A stretch of DNA of 58,869 bases, counting the filler, from Catajapyx aquilonaris (taxonomy: Eukaryota): the NCBI GenBank assembly GCA_000934665.2. It is 2 parts of 2 records of this genome, joined end to end, with 100 filler letters (N's around TTAATTAATTAA, not from the genome) between each part and the next. Parts side by side here need not be neighbours in the genome. Positions count along the whole stretch, not along the records: positions 29,445 to 58,869 come from JYFJ02004812.1; 1 more part is not named here. One strand, 5' to 3'. The position numbers and the translations under genes are program-made. Below, piece by piece: positions 47,001 to 58,869 of this stretch; the first letter of the stretch is position 1; every line of letters starts with the position of its first letter. Under the pieces are notes generated by a model. That model saw only the letters and a program-made list of their open reading frames with translations. It was not told the origin of the DNA and ran no database searches.

Positions 47001-50000
47001 CAAGGAAAATATGATACGGGTCGGGAATGCAATAATTAGAGCAAAGCTTAGAGGAATCCCCCCGCCGAGGTTCATAATCCCAACTGCTTAATTCGGGACG
47101 GCTGAATATATGACCCCTGTGACCTCGGGAAAGGTATTCTGTGGAAGTTATTCCGGCTATACCTCCAAACTCGAGATCAATAGTCCGGGATTTCTGGTAG
47201 AAGATAGAGCAAATCAAGAAGAGCTTGCTGCGCTCTTCCTTTCTGCTTCTTCCTTCTTCTTCCAGCTTCTTCCTTGGAAAGTAGCTGCAGCTTGCCTACT
47301 CTTAGATAAATTTCCATTTAAATTCCAGACTCGTATTGCAAGGGGACGTCATTCAATTTTCAACTGTCAGACGACGCATTTTTTCCAGGGGGAATGTATG
47401 AAATTGAATGGCGTTTGGTGAAATGTGTAAAAGGATTCTCGTCTTTTAAGCCTTTTTTATTCTTTTATCTCGTCTTTTTTTGCCTTTTGCTAGTAGTGTA
47501 CATAAATAATTAGGCCATGTGGCAATTAGCAGATGAAGAAAATTACTGAAAGTCAAATTTCCTGCAACCTTATTAATTCCCCCCACATTTTGCGGCCAAG
47601 TTTTGCGCATTTTGTGAATTGGGAGTGGTGAACGGTAATACCAATCACGCTTTTAATGCAATTTTGTTCAACTAGCCAAGAATGTGAACATGGTAATTAA
47701 ATAGCCCGAGAAGTGGTACAAAGCGGAAGCGCCCAAAAACAGTGGACTATACCGTACTTGCTTTGTTCAAATATCAAATGCCATGCACATTATGATTCAT
47801 GTTCCATTGAACTGACAAAATGCAGTAAGCTTCATAAGTAGTGTACTACTGAAAAACCTTTCATTATGGCATGGGAAAATACAGGGGAAATTCACTAAAT
47901 CCAATATTGGCGGTTTTGAGTTATCTAAGTAGACTATATAAGTAACATTTTAATAGTTTGCCGCCTGGTGAAGTCCACTTCTTCCTTCAGATTCATAATG
48001 AGCCAGCAAGCCAGGAATTTCTGCCTTAACTAACATTTTTTAGATCATATAGAAACTGTTTTTTTAAACTTTGTGAATTTATCTTGTTCGCCCATGATTA
48101 TGTAGTGATAAAAATTCAAATATAATTAATAATTCTTTGCCACCATGTGTTTATTTTAGCATGCTCATTCTTAGCAATTTAGCACCGTGCATTGACACCC
48201 AATTTAATGCCACCGATTATTTGAATAGTCAAAACAAAATAATGGCGCTGCATTGGTTTGTTTCCTTACTTATAATCCATTTAGCCAGTCTACTGTGGAC
48301 AAGTGGAAAGACAGGCTCCGCCTCCCCAACCCAAAGTGAGAGCAATATTTCCCGCTGGCTGAGACAAATCTGAATTTGTCAGTGATGCCTAAAATTCGTC
48401 CGACAGATTCATGCCCAAGTTATCCAAGTTAGTATCTTGTAGAACTTGTAATCGCGTTATTCATTCTCGCAAGACTGTGAAGAAGACACCCCTATTCCCT
48501 ACTTTGCCCTCCCCGCCATCTCCCACCCGCCCCCCGTCCTGCTGTCACCAACTGATTATCCCACCACTCGCTGCTCTTCATGCAAATGAGCCTGCGGTGC
48601 GAAACAGAAATGGAATCCTGGGAGTTAAGAGGACGACCCTCACGACACTTCCTATGGAAAAGTGAGGGGACGCTCCAGGCGGCCATTTTGTGTTGCTTGC
48701 AGCGATAAATGGCCGCCATCTAGAAATGTCTGAAGTAGGACTACTTCCGAGACTACTCAATCCTGCCAGGCGCCTTACAGTTATTTTTCAATGCAAAAAG
48801 GCTGCACATTGTGAAGGTGCAGTCGGAAAGCAACAGGGCGTGACCTGGCCACCAGGAAGCGCCAGTGGTCCGTTTTGGCGCCGGGAATCCATTTTTCTCT
48901 CCCTAGCAGTGTATATTATACGCGGATAGGGGCTTCCGATTCTTTTCCGGACTCGCCAGAAAGGAGCCCAAGAGGCATCGTTCTCGAAAATGTTTGAGGG
49001 GTCTAGGCGCCACCGAATATTTACTTTGGAGACGACCATCTGGCTGCTGGACTCTAATTGCCTCGTCTCCACTGCTATGTCTTGCGACTTCGGATAGGGC
49101 TCCAGGATCCTATTGCGGACGTATATAATGAATGTTAGCCTTTACAGTAGAGCGGATAATATGCTATAAGAATGTTATGAAAGTGGTGGTAACATTGCTT
49201 ATAAACTTCTAGTACCGGTATTTATTTTTTTGAGAAGTATGTTAATACAATTGTTTTCATTCATTGCAAGTGCAGCATGAGGTTCATATTGGTGTTACTA
49301 ATTCGTAGATTTACTATACGGTATGTAAATACATCGTTAGTATTTTTAAATGGGATGCTTAAAAACTAATCATTGGCTGAAATGCGGTTATAATAGCCTG
49401 GTAATGGCATAAATATTTTTTTGACGTAGTGGACCCACAAGCGTAAGGGCCTATTTGGGCCAAATAATGCCCCCTAGCGAATTTACAACAAAATAAACAT
49501 TCAGCATAATTCATGGGTGTATAGGATTTTGGAACTCGTGCAAGGGATGGCTATAGTGCGTTTCAATTTAAATGTCCGTAGTGGTTAGAAAATTTCGTCA
49601 ATAGCATCATTTTTTTAAAGCAACTATACTGTGCTTCTGACCATGATCGTTAACCATCAATAGGTCTACTGACTTTTCATTTGTAACACACTGCATTTCC
49701 CCCGGTGTGATGCAGGACAGATGCAAGATAAGTCATTTCGTAGACTATTGTAAGCCAAAATTGAGGTTCAATCCATATTTAATCTTCTCGTCTCCATAAC
49801 TGCGCATTGTAGGTCTACATTAGGCCCCTATTAACAGCGTTATATTTATTGGCTTAATCAGTCGTATACATTATACAGCATGTAGGAAAACGTGTTAGCC
49901 TTCACAGACACTAATAACCTTTTCAAAGGTGGACTTTTGGCGCGTAATTTGAATCAAAGTAAGAGGATATTATTTTAATTCTTGGAATAATATGAGGAAT

Positions 50001-50689
50001 GTTTTTAAATTTTCTGAGTTCCTGCAGACTTGCTTTTCATCAGGATATAACTTATACCTGGTGTCTTTTTCACGTTTGGATTCAAGTTGTTTCGTGGTGC
50101 ATTAGCTGCGTATTGTGACAGTTGAGAAAGGATTTCTAAAATAACTAATTCATTCTCAGGAATGCAGGAGAATGATAGGGGAATTTATACGCAATAATAT
50201 ATTATCGCATTACAATTATTAGGAAATAATTTTATTAATTTAGAGCAGTTCAGATGAGGTCTGTAGATATAGTCTACATGCCCAGCAGGATGTTTTAACT
50301 ACTGTAGTAATATACCTCATCCTGATGCTGATGAATAATTTGGGCTGAAACAAATGCATATCATAAAAGGCGTGAATGCAGCAGAGACACTAACCGGTAA
50401 CGGCGTAGACGACGATGAACATTCGGGTGAACCATGAACGCGACCTACATTGCATGAATCCCCTGGGTACGTGGGGATTGAGTAGGTCCCTACACCTTGG
50501 ATGTTACCCTATACATCATGCCACGAAAGAGTACCATGGGAATCACTTTTCTCTTCCCACCCCTTTTCCCCTTTCTACTGCATCAAGAAGTACACTCATC
50601 CCCTGCTTTGTAAGAAACCCGGCACTTAATTTAAATGACTCAGTTAGATGACAGCATTCCAGCTGTTACAGCAGTATCGACCAAATATT

Positions 50690-51300
50690 ATTGCCAACAT
50701 TTTTCACGGGAAGACCTGCAATACAGAATAGTGAGAGTTATGTTTTTCTCGGAGTTCAGTTAGACATACGCGTATTGAAATACAGTATGCACTATTTGAG
50801 GGTCAAGTCAGTTTCTGCTAAAGCATTTACAGCATATAGGTCACTAGAGGATAATGCAATCCTTAAATTTAAAACAGTCATATCTAGAAATCAGTCAAAT
50901 GTGACTCGGATAGTTCCTCATGTCTGCGGTCTTGGACAAAGAATCCAGAGGCTGCCAGATGACGTTACAATTAAAACACACTACATAATCGCCATAAACA
51001 AAATAATACAGGTCAAATTCGAGTTCTCAATCAATAGTATTTTCAAAAGCTTTTAGAACTTGCCATTCAGTATGTGTCAAAAATATCTTTGGACAATGGC
51101 ATATTCTGGCGCTAGACAACTGTAGGCACTTGGCCAAGGTGAAGGTTAGGAGTCTTGCTAGAGTCTTGAGGGTTTCCTAGTGCAAGGAGCAGGTTGTCCA
51201 AAGTATTTTTCACAGAATGATAATACACGATTGTGTAAGATTTAATTTTCAGCAATAGTGATGTGTCACATGTGTCTGACATATAGCTCATTGAGAACAA
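50690..51300 (+). mobile_element. Decayed non-LTR retrotransposon ORF2 (reverse transcriptase C-terminal) fragment
   Basis: ESYVFLGVQLDIRVLKYSMHYLRVKSVSAKAF fits the non-LTR RT YKYLGVxLDxxLxFxxH...KA motif; interrupted downstream. Confidence 0.6.
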
Positions 51301-54300
51301 TTTAAAAGCCCATAAAATAATGTGTATTCTTCCACAATCAAAACCAATTCCTGGAAAGCCTTAAATTTTCTATCGCTATACGCCTTACCTTGCAGAGACG
51401 CCAAGGGTAACATGTGAAAAAATTAATTATAGATCTCCTGTTGTATCTCTGCATTCTTATCCTGCATCCCTCCTACATCGCGTATACGGTATAGGAACTG
51501 TGCAATGTTACACAAGAAACAAAAATTGAAGCATTACACAGAATGTTGACAATCATGTCAAAGTCAACAGCCTATTATTTGTTGTCTTATCACTTACGCA
51601 AAATTCTATTGAACACTTTAATAACGTGTCTCACAAAACTAATATGACAAAAATAATTAAAAATAGGGTCAGAATTTTTGAAGATTCTGATAGCGAAAAA
51701 GTTTCAGGGGAATAACGACAAATAACTTTACAGGCTCTATATGCATAATACTGTATATACTGTATAGATGTGACTCACAAAATCATTATTCCACACATAG
51801 TATTTTACATGATCCGCTCTAAAAATTAGGAAGGCGCAAGGGTCCCATTTATCTGGACACCGTTTAGAAATGGTTTCCCCAAAGGAGCAATTCGCGATCT
51901 TCGCTCTGCAGCCCACTATTTCTATAAATCTTGCAACAGTTCTCAGCCATTGCACGTATCTGAAGCGGCGCCGCGAATCTTTCACTATTGTGACATCTTT
52001 TTTCTTAGGGTTTCCCCATGGTAGTCATTAATTAAACTGTGTTTATTTTACGCAAAATTGATTGTAAAATAAATTTGAAATTTATTCCAGACATACAGAA
52101 TATTTATGCACACTTATATCACATCTAGTAAGCCAATTTACCTGGTAGAGATTAATTTTTAAGAATTGTTATTGTACTCTTTCATACAATCAACTAACAT
52201 TTAGTTTACCGTACTTTTTATTCGTAGGCGCATTGTACAGTACACACTTCCCTACTATCGCATCATATGCATAAGTTGTTCCTTTACCAAAACCAGCAAA
52301 TTTTGATTCTTGAATATATTCGTCGTGATATTAAATGGTTATTTCACGTACACATTGAGTGTCTGTCAGAGATGACTAGCTAGTGAGGTAAAGGTCATCA
52401 AATGCTGTACAAGTTGAGAGATTTCATTTAAGAAACACCATGTAGACTATATTGCATTTTACTTCAACTTCCCAGAAACCATTACCACTTCTATACTGCA
52501 AGTAAAATCGAATGTGATGTACTGTATAAGCCACTGTATTACATCTTGTGCTTATCAGTTTGGAACAAGTTATCACATTGTAGCTAGGATAGTATGGCAA
52601 CTTTCGCTTCTCTGTAATATGCCAATTCAACCATTTCTGGCATGGAAGTAATTTTTCCTTTACAGATGTTAATAGGAAGCAAGCTTCTGGAAAGTTTGTT
52701 TAAAAAGTCTACTGTAAAACTGGGAGAGAGGGCCCGAAAAAAGGATTAAAAACGTGCCTACAGCAAAGCCTTTCTCTTTGTACTAAAAGTCGTACAGTAC
52801 ACAATTTCCAGCAAGGAGACAGTAAATATCTCAGAAGCTTCTTTTCAAGGATATTCACGCTGCCTTTTATGCGACATTGTAAATTATGTGCCAACTTTAT
52901 TGTGACGAAAAGACACAAAGGAGATTTAGAGGCCCGCTGTCGAATTACGAGCGGCGCAGAAGAGATATCGAGGCTTTGGTATTCCTCCTTCTTCCCGCAA
53001 ACGCGAGCCCATCGATTCGCATTCCACGGAATGCACATACACACCAGCACACACATACAAAAGAAGGCGGTCTGTCCTAATACATCGCCTTTCCTGCTCC
53101 AAAGCGGCAGAAATAATGATTGCCCGGTCCGCAGCTCTTCATCTCGTGACACGGAAAATTAGAGAGGAATTGCAAAAATGTCCCTATTGACCCGCTGTTA
53201 TGGAAACACGCCAAACAGTATTAGGAAGGAAATGTGGCGAGGCCTTCCCAAGCGTAATAGCCCTCATAATACTCCACGAACCAAAAGCCACTGCACTTGA
53301 TGGCTGATGTATCTCGCAGTAATGGGATTTTTCCATTGGACCTAAAAGCGAGATAGCTTCCCATGCTTTTGGCAAAGACTGAAGATACGCTCTATTTATT
53401 GTATTTTGTCCTCAAATTTTACTATATAGATTTTATTGCTGACTGCGCATTGTCAAATGTGACCATGTATTGCAGGGATTCTTGACATCCTTCAAAAATC
53501 ATGTAAGGTTACAGAGTGGTGTTGCACTATATAGCCCAACAAAATCACAATATCAGTAAATCCATTACACTGTCCTTATTAATCTGCGTGAGAAATAACG
53601 TCACAGTAATAGTGTTAATTTCATATGATAATTACTTGTGGTCTGCATTTTTAAATAAGTACTGTGCCAGGGGCTCTTCTCTCTCTTTTTATAGTTTTTC
53701 CATTCAGGGATAGCAAGTAGACTAATGTTTTTATAACTTAGGCTTATTAATTTTAGAGTACAAAAACAATATTGTTATATTATATTGTTTTTTATTGTAG
53801 AGGAAATAACACTTCGATGGACCAGCCACACAGTAACCAATAAATTACACGAGCAGGCACATTGGACTGCCCCTAAGACACACTTGATATAAACGCACAA
53901 AATAAAAGGAATTCGATATCTGGACCTTTACCCTGTTGGGTAATTATTTTCAGACACTCCTACACAGTCATGTAGGCCTATTTGAAGAGTATTATCCCAA
54001 ATTCATGAAAGACTGAGAATTATGGGACGCTAAGTCGGGTGTGCAAATGGAGTGTCATGTGAGTAGCTTTCTTGCGTGTCCAAAAACACTACGTCATTGG
54101 TAATGTGCAGGCTGTAGAGTGAAATAGTTGGTTGGCGCACGCATATTATTTTTCTTCAGTCAGCTTTATTGTTTGCCTAATATAATAAACCTTCGTTTTC
54201 ATTGGAACAAGCCTCGTAAACTGCAGGAAATACCGCAGTGGTATATCAGACTGAAAGATAAATAGAAAACTTCGGTTAAAAGGCACACTCCCTTCTGGGA

Positions 54301-56529
54301 GAGCGTTTCTGAATAAGTTTCTTCAGTTACACACTATAATATTTATGGTCAGTGACTCCATACATGGGAAATTTCAATGTAAGTTATTACATGAAAAATT
54401 AATCTCATAAAAATATTTTCTCTGAGAATAGTAAAATTCTGGCTGTGAAAGTTGCCAATTGTTGCGACAGTTGTTTCATTCCACCATTTTTTTAAATAGA
54501 AAATTAATGGCTACTTCTCACCTTTCAAGCTTACCTGCTCAGAGAACAGATATTTTAACGCCAAAGTAATTTTTAAATCTGTAATATTTTATTATTAGGA
54601 ACACTTTCCACTACAAAATATCGTGGTACAGGTGACATAATATCAATTGGTATGCTTCCTTTTAAGTTCCACACACAGTTTCCACACACTCTGTTAATTA
54701 CCTTAATGGTCGGGCATCACACAGAATGGTCCGAGGGAAACAGTTAGTAACAGTAGTAGTTCCCTTGTTTACAGATCCGCCAAGTGGAAGTGCAGTACAT
54801 ATGACGTTCAGCAAGTGAATAATCGCCGCTGTCTGGCTCTGGTTGTCATGAAATGTAATTAAATATAAAGGCGAATTTATGCGGTACAGTGTTGTTAAGG
54901 TGGTGTAATGTACAAATTCCAGCCACTTGTGAAACTTGAGAATATACCGGTAGAGTGGCCTGAGACCAGACATTGCCCGAGAGCGTTTTCAATCATCCTT
55001 TCACAGCATTTCTAATTAACCTTACACACTACAAATTAGAATGCCGATGATGAAAGAATGCCCCCACATACGAACATGGCATAGCAGCTGCAGATGATAA
55101 AACGCTGATTGGAGAGCATGTTCCTTCATTAACTTTTCATACTTCCTAACTGCATAGAAAAGATTAGAAGGCTTCAAATTTTTTTGACCATAATGCATCC
55201 CAACATTGTTGATTTTGTATGTACAGTACACCAGCAGTTGGTATTACTGAACTTGGTCTGTTGTTAAGCAGTGGTGTGCAGAAGAGAATCGCCTCCTTAA
55301 GATAACTTTAGTGTTAAATATCAGCCGCTCTTATTAGCCATTACGCAACTTACTAATTTTAAAACGCCATCTTATCATATGAAAACTGGTAATTTATCTG
55401 GATACCACCTGGCATGTCCAAAGTGATTAACTTATTTCTGTCATTAATCAGGAAGATATTGCTTCCTTGCACCGACTTTGGATCCATTTAGTTGGTCTCG
55501 CCCAAACTTGGCCTTGTTCCACAGCAAAAGCTTCTTATAAAGTAATGAAGAACCGGCAGGGAAATTACCTCCAAGGGATGGACTTTATGGGAAATCCAAG
55601 AAAGGGAAGAGACCTATTTAAGGCACAAAGTCGTGGTCGTTAAACTGGAGGTTGTCTCAGCCGAGCCATTAGAGCGTTACAGTAAATATTTTCCATCACC
55701 CGGGCTGCCACGTTAGGCTATTTAATGTAGGCTCGGTTAGTACGCGTCTCCTCCTTCTACCTACACCATGAATCCGGGGGATTTCAAGTTCCATATTTGC
55801 CTGCGGGCGTGCCCAGTTTTTATCATCAAGAAGAAAGCTTTTCGCATTACGTTTATTAGTGCTTTCATAAAACTTTTGCCGTGTGTCTAATGCAACTCTC
55901 AGCCTGGTTTTATTAATGGTGGAACTTTAACTAAGAAAAATGTTGGAGCTCATTATACGTCATTTAAAATGGGCCAAAAATTGTAAATATTATTGGACAT
56001 GCGAAACAGCTAGGTTTACACCTTTTTAATATGCCGCTTGAAACGGGTTTCTGACCCGTTTCTTCCGCTTGAAAATGTATCAATTTTCTTGCCCCCCCCC
56101 CCCCTTCTCCTCACATGACTGTCATTGTACTCCCAGAGTGTGACAAAAAAGAGTCTGACACCTTAACAATGCATTCTTTGCTGACTACAGATTTTATTGA
56201 CGTTATCGATGTCTTCTTTGTCGTATTCCAAACCCACTCCCTTTTTACCTAGAGTATCTCTCCTTTTTTCTCCCTTCTTTTTCTTGTCAAGTCATCCCCT
56301 GTCACCTTCCTTCCTTCCTTTTAGTCAACTCTGACACCGATGCGACGTCTGAATTTCATTTCCTTTCCGAAGCACCTAAGGGAAAGTGGCAGAGCTACGG
56401 CACGGATTCCATACCCAATCAGTTGATATCTCAGCTTCCCGGAAATGTTTCACAGATATATCTGGTGGGAAAGACAGGGGCCACCATTGCAAGACCAGCC
56501 ACTGCAGAAATTGCTTCGTTCCACAATAT

Positions 56530-56590
56530 CTCTCTCTCTCCCTCTCCCTCTCCCTCTCCCTCTCCCTCTCCCTCTCCTCTCCCTCCCTCT
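56530..56590. repeat. (CTCTCC)n polypyrimidine microsatellite
   Basis: Read directly from the sequence. Confidence 0.95.
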
Positions 56591-56729
56591 CGGTTATGCT
56601 TTCACGACAACACGTTGAGATATTGCCTCAGGTCGTACGATGCACAATGAGAAAACGTGACAGGGTCTGAGGTAGGCCCCAGTAAGAATAGGCAAGTTAT
56701 GGGTGGCATACAACAAGCCTGGAGTCTAC

Positions 56730-56789
56730 GGGTAGGGTAGGGTAGGGTAGGGTAGGGTAGGGTAGGGTAGGGTAGGGTAGGGTAGGGTA
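56730..56789 (+). repeat. (GGGTA)12 pentanucleotide array, G-quadruplex-competent
   Basis: 12 perfect units read directly. Confidence 0.97.
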
Positions 56790-58869
56790 TTGGGCAACGC
56801 CACATCTGAACAGCATCAGATGGGAGATACTCTAGAGGATACGACCCATTTCCTCTCTTCTAACTCACAGCCAACTGGGCTTCGGCAATTGCTAGCTCAG
56901 AAAGAAAAAAATTGCCAATCGACGCACACATTTCTGGACAAATGAAAACTAGTCATAGCATTGATAGGTGTTTTTTGAGTATATTAATTTTTACAACATA
57001 TGGAGAGAAGCCAACCTGACAATAGAGTTCATAATTGGCAATACTAAGTTAGTACCTGAAAAATGTTGTCTTACCCTAACTAGGAAAATAGACCTGCAGT
57101 TCGTTTATACTACCGACCACTCTACATACATCCTTATTATCATGGGCAAGTAGAAAAAGTGTAGTTTTTAGGGAGCGTTCCGTACCATAATTTCCTGCTA
57201 CATGTTTTCAAGTGCGGTTATTTCCAGGAATTTAGGTAACTGGATGGTTCCTGCAAAATATCGGATCCTGCGATTATATGTATGCGATAATGTTAGGCTT
57301 GTCCTTTAATGTGAGAACCGCAGTCTCAGATTTAGGCTATAATTCATGGCGTGTAAACCACCCGTGTTGAAATAGGCTGCCCTGCCTGTAAACCGCTTCA
57401 CTCACGTTCCTGAATTGCATATAAATAATGAATGGAGCATCATTATTGAACATGCGCCAAACGCAGCAGTTTAAAAATTCTTCCGGGTCCAGTGGTGCCT
57501 TTTGTTGTGCAAAAAGTGGTATACATACCTTGTCATGCAGTATTAATTCACAGTATATCAATAGTGTATTTCAGTAGTTGGAATGTTTGCCATGTGCCGC
57601 AGATGTGAACTTTGTTTCAAAAAATGACCCGTTGTTTCAGCGACGAATTTATAGGCCTATCCTCAGATATTTATGGCAGAAAAAATGAACAAGCGAAAAC
57701 TCGCTGTTGCAAGATCTCTTGTTGTAATAGTACGGTAAAATTTTTGTTTCATTGATAGTAGTCGTGCTTCTATGTAATTCTAAATTACTTCCTTGAAACA
57801 CTGGTACACGTATGTTGTTAGCATAACGTACACCTGGGTATACACTACAAAAATCGGAAAATATTTTACCCAAACTCATGCGCATTATGGGGAGAGTAGC
57901 TTTAATTGGTAGGAAAATGTATGATGGGATGTGAGGATTAGCAACATGGTGCTGGGTTTTATGTGGGTGGATCGCGGCGGGTAGGTTTCGTGGACTGCGA
58001 CTGGTGGGTGCGGGTGGGTGGATATAAAAGTTGTTGTCATAGCAAACCTCGCTTCACTGTTCCACGGTTAAAGACAGCTCTTAAGCCTCGGTCAATATTT
58101 TAGATCCCTTCCATGTGTCACGTTATGTCACACATGACCACTGGTCATCCAGAAGTAGCTGGTTTCGGTTTCAATTTTAAATATGCACTTTTCTACTTGC
58201 ACTCCTCACCTTAGCGATGCTGGGTGCACAGGAATGTGTATAGGCCAATATTTTTCCCTCGCTCTTTGGCGCACGGTTGCAGTTTTCAACTTCTGGCAAA
58301 CTCATCCAAGGCCAATAAACCCAGGCAATTTCAAACCAGGGATGAACTCACTGTTCCATGTACAGTTGTACACAGTCCAACAATGGAGATGGAGAAGTTA
58401 TGTATTGCTTACTCCAACAAGTAGTTTAAAGAGAAGCAGCAATCAAGAGACGTGAGTGCGGCCTTGACTCATGCTTCCAGCAGGTTGCTACTCTTTAAAC
58501 AGGTCTTTGTGTTAAACAATCCCGAACTTTACTCTTGAATTGTGGTCATAGGCATTGCACCCCCTTGCATAACTAGCCACATTTTCCCATAATATATTAG
58601 GCAGCCCACACAACCACTATATTGCAGCAAGATATTTTCCCCTGTAATGGTAACATAAGATGTTTAGAGACAGAGAAGTGATCACAGAAAGTGCAATGGA
58701 AGACCTCCTACCATCATCATAATAACATTTATTGTTACTTATTTATAAATAAATAGGTTAATATCACATTGTAAGTTTTCGCAAGTAATTACAAGCTTGT
58801 AAATATGACGACAATCAGCCACACATGAAGATTATTCCCTGTCGCTTTAAGCAATTATTAAATGCAATA

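Noticed and set aside
52700..58460. Scattered 60-150 aa ORFs in the right-hand 6 kb
   Set aside because: No recognisable domains or consistent exon chain; compatible with chance ORFs or very old repeats.

Overview
Eukaryotic (animal, probably insect) genomic scaffold with introns, many repeats and one 100-bp assembly gap (29345-29444). There is no prokaryotic operon, rRNA or CRISPR array. Left end, minus strand: at least nine phase-compatible GT-AG exons of an ACF1/BAZ1A-family chromatin-remodelling subunit (DDT, WHIM1 and WSD/WHIM2-3 motifs). It has no intact WAC domain and carries a 5-bp frameshifting duplication, so it looks like a decaying paralog. At 21.3-23.6 kb (minus) is a spliced gene with three C2H2 zinc fingers and a coding 30/60-bp minisatellite. 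At 31-32.8 kb is a tentatively NRF1/Ewg-DBD-like plus PHD-like pseudogene. The rest is a dense transposon landscape: three tRNA-derived SINE families, several with target-site duplications (TSDs), whose 3' tails share a covarying double stem-loop; truncated LINE ends; non-autonomous Sola-like, Kolobok-like, PIF/Harbinger, Tc1/mariner, hAT and piggyBac-like DNA elements; and an unusual number of snap-back palindromes from 26 bp to 1.8 kb. All protein and family assignments are by eye and need HMM/BLAST confirmation.
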